IMG/VR virus record: IMGVR_UViG_2563366974_000011
Coordinates: 1-7,001 of that record
DNA length: 7,001 nt
Source of the DNA: a virus
Taxonomy: Duplodnaviria; Heunggongvirae; Uroviricota; Caudoviricetes
Strand: one strand, 5' to 3'
Part shown: one piece after another, positions 1 through 4,403 of the stretch
Layout: every line of letters starts with the position of its first letter
Position numbering within the stretch: position 1 is the stretch's first letter
Made by a program: the position numbers and the translations under genes
Notes under the pieces: model-generated
The model's database searches: none
What the model was told of the DNA's origin: nothing
What the model saw: only the letters and a program-made list of their open reading frames with translations

Positions 1-288
1 TTAACGGATCAACATCCAGATCAGCAGACACGCCACCACCGGCACAGCAAAATCCATCAGGCTTGCCACATCCCACGCGCGCGGATCAAAACCGCCCCAC
101 CACGGCATATTCATTCGCTTGCCATGCCCGAACATTTCAATCCAGCGATATTCTGCCTGGGTATGTTCACGCGCAATGAAGAACGTACAACCGGCTATCG
201 CTCCGTAAGCCCAGTTTCCGGTAAAAAGACCAACCAGTACCTGCGCAGCCACAGCACAAAGTGCATGAAGGAAAGGTGTTATATCCAT
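1..288 (-). CDS. Hypothetical small inner-membrane protein (95 aa, 2-3 predicted TM helices)
   Basis: ATG 286-288 preceded by AAAGGAGG. Hydrophobic segments at residues ~6-39 and ~74-95 flank an aromatic/charged loop (EYRWIEMFGHGKRMNMPWWGGFDPRAWD). TAA stop at 1-3, so the ORF is complete. No family recognised by eye. Confidence 0.6.
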   Translation of the reverse strand: MDITPFLHALCAVAAQVLVGLFTGNWAYGAIAGCTFFIAREHTQAEYRWIEMFGHGKRMNMPWWGGFDPRAWDVASLMDFAVPVVACLLIWMLIR

Positions 289-298
289 TACGCCTCCT

Positions 299-1003
299 TT
301 ATCCGATATCGCTTCGGGAAACGGATAACAACTTTAATTCTGACTCAAGTTCATCAACTCTTTCAGTCAGCTTCTGGATATGGTGAATCAGTGGAACAAC
401 CAGACGTTCGTACATTACACCTTCGGCAACAAGGCCATTGCTGGAAATGGTTTCCGGTGCATCATCTTCGTTGGCTGGTCGCCAGTGAACAAACTGAGGG
501 GCAATTTCTCCTACTTCCTCGGCAATCAATCCATAGAATCCCCAGTCACGCCTGTCATTTTCGCATTGCGACCTGTACCACACAGGGCGCATCCTGAAAA
601 TGAGATCGGCGTGCTCTGAATCTATCGTCTCTACTGAATGTTTATAGCGGATAGACGATGTTGACCGCAGCACAGACGAAATTGCAGGGTCAGGATTAAG
701 ATAAAGATTTGCCGCCGCTGTAGTTGTGCCCAATCCCCATAAATAAAACGCTTCACGGCCAGTCAGCGGGTAAAAATCTCCGCCATAACGACCACTTTCC
801 AGATCGTTCACTTCCACTTTGTTTTTCAGCTTATTATCCACTTCTGTTTTTGTGTATCTGGTACTGATATCCTGCTTTGCACTGTCCATATCAGTCTGAA
901 GCGTTGATACTTTTACGTTAATTGAGGAAATATCTTCCTTTGCCTTACTGACATCTCCCTTTAGCGTTTTGATGTCATCAGGAATTACTGTCGATGTAGC
1001 CAT
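299..1003 (-). CDS. Small fibre-like protein (234 aa): N-terminal coiled-coil segment plus C-terminal Peptidase_S74-like intramolecular chaperone domain
   Basis: ATG 1001-1003 preceded by GAGGAAG that overlaps the upstream TGA. Residues ~117-225 (SIRYKHSVETIDSEHADLIFRMRPVWYRSQCENDRRDWGFYGLIAEEVGEIAPQF...GLVAEGVMYERLVVPLIHHIQKLTERVDELESEL) follow the S74 pattern recalled from endosialidase and T5 L-shaped fibre C-termini. Residues ~10-70 are heptad-like and K/D/E-rich. Confidence 0.7.
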   Translation of the reverse strand: MATSTVIPDDIKTLKGDVSKAKEDISSINVKVSTLQTDMDSAKQDISTRYTKTEVDNKLKNKVEVNDLESGRYGGDFYPLTGREAFYLWGLGTTTAAANLYLNPDPAISSVLRSTSSIRYKHSVETIDSEHADLIFRMRPVWYRSQCENDRRDWGFYGLIAEEVGEIAPQFVHWRPANEDDAPETISSNGLVAEGVMYERLVVPLIHHIQKLTERVDELESELKLLSVSRSDIG

Positions 1004-1012
1004 TTTTCTTCC

Positions 1013-1294
1013 TCACATCCAGCTACGGAGTTGATGCTCAACAGCAACCGCGTGTTCATCGAATAATGACGATATTTGCGAATCATTAATGATGCGCACA
1101 TTTACAAAATATCCGTCCTCCTTAACACATACCGGCTCGCCATCTTCAGTCAGTTCTCCGGTTTCTTTGTACACATTACCTATCACGTCAATAAGAATAT
1201 CATCCTGCATCGACTCGTCATCATAATAGCCAATGCTCTCCATAAAGGCCGAAAAGTCGGCCCTGTCGACAAATTTGAGTGTTAAATCTTTCAT
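1013..1294 (-). CDS. Hypothetical small strongly acidic protein (93 aa), unknown function; translationally coupled to the fibre-tip frame
   Basis: ATG 1292-1294 overlaps the upstream TAA by 1 nt, with GGGGGAG about 8 nt upstream. About 21 Asp/Glu against 7 Lys/Arg. No signal peptide or TM segment. No family recognised by eye. TGA stop at 1013-1015. Confidence 0.6.
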   Translation of the reverse strand: MKDLTLKFVDRADFSAFMESIGYYDDESMQDDILIDVIGNVYKETGELTEDGEPVCVKEDGYFVNVRIINDSQISSLFDEHAVAVEHQLRSWM

Positions 1295-2043
1295 TAGATT
1301 AACTCCCCCACCTGAGCATCAGTCAATGCCTTGTGCCATATTCTGAAATTCCTGACATGACCAAATAAATGGCGTAAACCGGCTGTAGTCTGGCCTCCAA
1401 TACGGATAATTGCGGAGTTCTGAATACAGGACCATGTGGTTTTTGTTTCGCTGGATATACGCCCGTTACTTACTGCGCATGTAGACTGATCTGACTTTAC
1501 ACGCATCCCCATAACCATTTTTTCAAGCGATGCATTTTCGTTTATCCGCCTGTTAGCCCCACCAATATCGCAATAAGGAAATCCGTCGTAATCTGCTGAA
1601 GAACCGAAGCCAAGAATAATAGCCGCTCCGGTTTGATGACCGCCGGTATCAAAAACACGCGGTGCTGCATTTGGCGTTTTATACCAGTTCTTATGTACCT
1701 CACAAAGAACCGTAAAAGGTAGATTATAAAGATTATTCTTAATTGGGACTGTAACTATATCGCTTGCCCGCGTTCCTGCAGCTACCCCCGTAACAATAAA
1801 AGATGATGCGCCTGTTCCACCTTCAACCTGGGGAGTTGCGACATCCAGATAGTCTCCAGATGCTGTACTTTAACCTGTTACAGGAGCATACTGAACGAAC
1901 GCACCAACCGTGTTCTCTGTTGTTTCTGCATTAATTGTAGCCTCAAAAAAAATCCAGCCAGTAGCATCATCTTTTACAGCCCTTGCAATAATACGGTTTG
2001 TATCAGCTCCCGTTCTATCAATTCGGAGGGTTAATTTAATGCG
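1294..2043 (-). pseudogene. Start-less 3' portion of a tail-fibre gene encoding a LamG/concanavalin-A-like (jelly-roll lectin) receptor-binding tip; in frame with stf but cut off by stops
   Basis: Hand translation gives a 249-codon stop-free frame: RIKLTLRIDRTGADTNRIIARAVKDDATGWIFFEATINAE...GHVRNFRIWHKALTDAQVGELI*. It has no in-frame ATG/GTG/TTG until MVMGMR at 1516-1518 (the 74-aa track ORF). The C-terminal motif resembles the LamG consensus. Same phase (mod 3) as stf. Its TAA stop overlaps the next gene's ATG (TAATG). Confidence 0.55.
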
Positions 2044-2160
2044 TTATGTTTCTCTTAATGACGTTACAGCACCATCATAATGGTGTTCAAATATTAGACG
2101 ATACATTTTATCATCATCACTTTTTCCCAGACGGCATATAATGATAACCTATTCTTCCTC
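2044..2160 (-). other. AT-rich stop-dense junction separating the stf ORF from the in-frame fibre-tip remnant; possible recombination scar and/or internal promoter
   Basis: Hand translation of the minus strand: stops in the stf frame at 2161 (TGA), 2149 (TAG) and 2044 (TAA); three consecutive TGA in a second frame at 2111-2119; TAA at 2094 in the third frame. Holds a 20-codon ORF (MYRLIFEHHYDGAVTSLRET) and a -10-like TAATAT. Confidence 0.6.
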
Positions 2161-3672
2161 TCAAGTGACAACACATCCGGTACTGCCAGACAGCGCTACA
2201 ATGGTAAGAGCTTTACTCTTACCAACAAGCGTATCTTTTACAATAAATCTGCCATAAGTAAAACTGAAAGTATCTGTGCCTGTTTCTGTAACGTCCAGTG
2301 AAGTTGACTTATTCCACTTCGAAGGGTCTGTACTGTTAGGGAGAAGGTTCGTTCTTTGCCCCTCAATAAGCAGGCCATCACGTTCAAATCGTGGCTCGTC
2401 AATGGTAGCCTCTGTCAGCACACCAGATTTATTAATGTAAGTTGCTTTTGATGCGCGTTTAAACTTAACCACCTTGTCACCAGGCATCGTTATTTCGTCG
2501 TCACCAATAACAATCTTTTTATAAGATGGCGAAAAGCCCGTAATCATATCCAGTGAATCGTTAAACGGTATCCACACATCAGGCAGCGGCTGTAAGACAT
2601 ATTTATACGGATCTGCTGCCTGGCTTGCATACTCTCTGGCTGCGTCTTCACTTGCTTTTGCAGCGGTCTGGCTTGCAGCGGATGCTTTCGCCGAGTTCGC
2701 CGCTGCAGTCTCGCTTGTCTTTGCATTGGTTTCACTGGTTTTTGCTGCTTTTTGACTGTTGGCTGATGCAGTGGCAGAAGCAGCCGCCGCGCTTGCAGAA
2801 CCAGCTGCAGCACTCTCGCTTTGGGCTGCTGCATCCTGACTGTTTTTCGCCGCAGTTTCGCTGGCTTTGGCATTCGTTTCGCTGGTCTTCGCTGCCGTCT
2901 GGCTGGACTTTGCGTTAGTTTCACTCGTCTTCGCAGCTTTCTGGCTGTTAGCCGCAGCAGTTGCTGATCCAGCTGCTGAAGTCGCAGAACCGGCTGCCGC
3001 GCTCTCGCTTTGGGCTGCTGCAACCTGGCTGTTTTTTGCCGCAGTTTCACTGGCTTTGGCATTCGTTTCGCTTGTTTTCGCTGCCGTCTGGCTGGACTTT
3101 GCGTTGGTTTCGCTCGTCTTTGCGGCTGTCTCGCTATTTTTCGCGTTGGTTTCTGATTTTTTGGCTGCTGTCGCGGAGTTTGCCGATGCAGTCTTTGAGG
3201 TCGCTGCCGCCTGTGCACTATTAGCTGCATTCGTTTCTGAGGTTTTCGCCGCGTTCTTTGATGATGCCGCTGCAGTTTCGGATTTCTTTGCCGCCGCTGC
3301 GCTCTGAGAGGCGGCTTCGGCGTTGCGTGCCACTTCTTCCACCATTGCCTCAAAACGACGCAATGCCTCCGGCATGACATCATCTTCCGTCATGGCACCG
3401 AGAAAATCATTCAGCGTACCTGGTCTGGAACCTTCATAGACGGTAATGGTTCCGGCATGTGAAGGCGGAAAACCTTCAACCAGCAGGGTGACGCTGTACT
3501 GGCCATACTCAACATCCATGCTGTAACGCCCGGCTTCATCCGGATTTTCAGAGGCCACCGTGTTCACCAGTACCGTGGTGCTGTTACGCTTTGCCTTCAG
3601 TTGAATAGTGCAGTTCTGTATTGGTTTTCCCGCACCATCTTTCAGCACACCTGAGATTTTTACTGCTGCCAT
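2161..3672 (-). CDS. stf: Side tail fibre protein Stf, N-terminal tail-attachment domain plus Ala/Ser/Thr-rich repeat shaft (503 aa from ATG 3670-3672); terminates prematurely relative to the downstream in-frame fibre-tip remnant
   Basis: The ORF track starts at GTG 3676-3678, but the ATG two codons later has GGAG with a 5-nt spacer and gives MAAVKISGVLKDGAGKPIQNCTIQLKAKRNSTT..., matching the lambda/StfR N-terminus as I recall it. Contains long SETNAK/AAKTSE repeats. TGA stop at 2161-2163. Confidence 0.85.
   Translation of the reverse strand: MAAVKISGVLKDGAGKPIQNCTIQLKAKRNSTTVLVNTVASENPDEAGRYSMDVEYGQYSVTLLVEGFPPSHAGTITVYEGSRPGTLNDFLGAMTEDDVMPEALRRFEAMVEEVARNAEAASQSAAAAKKSETAAASSKNAAKTSETNAANSAQAAATSKTASANSATAAKKSETNAKNSETAAKTSETNAKSSQTAAKTSETNAKASETAAKNSQVAAAQSESAAAGSATSAAGSATAAANSQKAAKTSETNAKSSQTAAKTSETNAKASETAAKNSQDAAAQSESAAAGSASAAAASATASANSQKAAKTSETNAKTSETAAANSAKASAASQTAAKASEDAAREYASQAADPYKYVLQPLPDVWIPFNDSLDMITGFSPSYKKIVIGDDEITMPGDKVVKFKRASKATYINKSGVLTEATIDEPRFERDGLLIEGQRTNLLPNSTDPSKWNKSTSLDVTETGTDTFSFTYGRFIVKDTLVGKSKALTIVALSGSTGCVVT
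2813..3190. repeat. Two tandem 189-bp (63-codon) direct repeats inside stf, with nested ~21-bp sub-repeats and degenerate partial copies on both sides
   Basis: Anchor ctctcgctttgggctgctgca occurs at 2813 and 3002. Anchor ctggctttggcattcgtttcgct occurs at 2861 and 3050. Both give a 189-bp period. The protein shows AAKTSETNAKSSQTAAKTSETNAKASETAAKNSQ.AAAQSESAAAGSA... twice. Confidence 0.85.
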
Positions 3673-3682
3673 ATCCACTCCA

Positions 3683-3710
3683 CAAAAAAGCCCGCCTGAA
3701 CCGGCGGGCT
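3683..3710 (-). terminator. Rho-independent terminator downstream of lom, immediately upstream of the stf RBS
   Basis: Minus-strand read: AGCCCGCC-GGTTCA-GGCGGGCT, a perfect 8-bp GC stem (plus 3689-3710), followed by TTTTTTGTG. The stf Shine-Dalgarno GGAG begins 3 nt after the T-tract. Confidence 0.78.
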
Positions 3711-3736
3711 GTCATAACACTGTGTTACCTGGCTAA

Positions 3737-4336
3737 TCAGAATTTATAACCGACACCCACGATGAAACCGTCAGTGCGCCAGTCGCCACTGCCGGAGCCT
3801 TCATAAGCAATATCAATGGCCACGGATTCGGTCGGGTTAAACTGCACGCCAGCTCCCCACGCCAGAGACGTGTTGCTGTGGCGATCGTCATCACTTCCGG
3901 TCAGCACATCGTGCGTTTTCCCCTTGTTGTCAGTTACGCGGAGATAATCCCCGGAGAACGTCGAAACACGGCTGTAAGCCACACCTGCCATCGCATAAGC
4001 ACTGAACCATTCATTCACGCGTACAGATGGCCCCGCCATCATGCTGAACCAGCGGTTACGCACTGAATCTTCATGCCAGCGGGTATCGCTGTAATGCGTT
4101 TTTTGCTCATCTTTGGCATTGGCATAACTGAATGACGTCACCAGCCCCAGCGTGTCCGTAAATTCATAACGGTATTTCACGTTAATGCCCTTCAGGTCAT
4201 CACTGCCTGGCATATCAGTATGGGTCTGAAGATACCCGGCGCTTAGTGTGGACTGATGCTCTGCTGCGCTCGCTGGCGTACCAGCGGCAACCAGCCAGAC
4301 TACTGCGGACAGAATAACAGCACATAATTTACGCAT
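3737..4336 (-). CDS. lom: Outer-membrane protein Lom (Ail/Lom/OmpX-family beta-barrel), 199 aa
   Basis: ATG at 4334-4336 with GAGAGG 6 nt upstream. N-terminal signal peptide MRKLCAVILSAVVWLVAAGTPASA|AE. C-terminal ...AIDIAYEGSGSGDWRTDGFIVGVGYKF ends in an aromatic residue as OM beta-barrels do and matches lambda Lom as I recall it. Position between J and stf as in lambda. Confidence 0.93.
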   Translation of the reverse strand: MRKLCAVILSAVVWLVAAGTPASAAEHQSTLSAGYLQTHTDMPGSDDLKGINVKYRYEFTDTLGLVTSFSYANAKDEQKTHYSDTRWHEDSVRNRWFSMMAGPSVRVNEWFSAYAMAGVAYSRVSTFSGDYLRVTDNKGKTHDVLTGSDDDRHSNTSLAWGAGVQFNPTESVAIDIAYEGSGSGDWRTDGFIVGVGYKF

Positions 4337-4360
4337 AATTACCTCTCGCTTTTCTGCAAT

Positions 4361-4385
4361 AAAAAAGGCACCATTTCTGGTGCCC
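4361..4385 (-). terminator. Rho-independent terminator downstream of J
   Basis: Minus-strand read: GGCACCA-GAAA-TGGTGCC hairpin (plus 4367-4384) followed directly by TTTTTTATTG (plus A-run 4361-4366). It lies between the J stop (4404) and the lom RBS GAGAGG. Confidence 0.7.
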
Positions 4386-4403
4386 GTATCTGGGTTATAA
4401 AAT

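Noticed and set aside
124-619. Plus-strand ORFs 124-597 (157 aa) and 380-619 (79 aa)
   Set aside because: They run antisense across the boundary of the minus-strand 95-aa and 234-aa genes. They have no convincing RBS and no recognisable domain, whereas the minus-strand genes have strong SDs, coupling and an S74-like domain.
1076-1285. 69-aa plus-strand ORF
   Set aside because: Antisense to the better-supported 93-aa minus-strand gene, with no RBS.
2044-2163. Programmed translational bypass or hopping (T4 gene 60-like) or an intron/intein joining the stf halves
   Set aside because: The gap is ~120 nt with stops in every frame. I see no matched take-off/landing codon pair with an intervening hairpin, and it is too short for a group I/II intron. 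Decay or a recombination scar is more parsimonious, though only alignment to intact homologues can settle it.
1294-2200. Invertible tail-fibre segment (Gin/Pin/Cin-type G-segment or shufflon)
   Set aside because: No oppositely oriented alternative fibre C-terminus, no invertase gene and no gix/cix-like inverted-repeat crossover sites are visible in the window; all fibre-related coding is on one strand.
2544-3383. 279-aa minus-strand ORF and the plus-strand ORFs 2625-2918, 2867-3307 and 2961-3224
   Set aside because: All are alternative-frame or antisense read-outs of the stf tandem-repeat region (Arg/Gln-rich or Ala/Leu/Phe-rich low complexity); the repeats suppress stops in several frames.
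3670-3678. GTG at 3676-3678 as the stf start (as on the ORF track, MDMAAV..)
   Set aside because: The GGAG Shine-Dalgarno abuts this GTG with essentially no spacer. The ATG at 3670-3672 has a 5-nt spacer and gives the MAAVKISG.. N-terminus that matches lambda-type Stf as I recall it.
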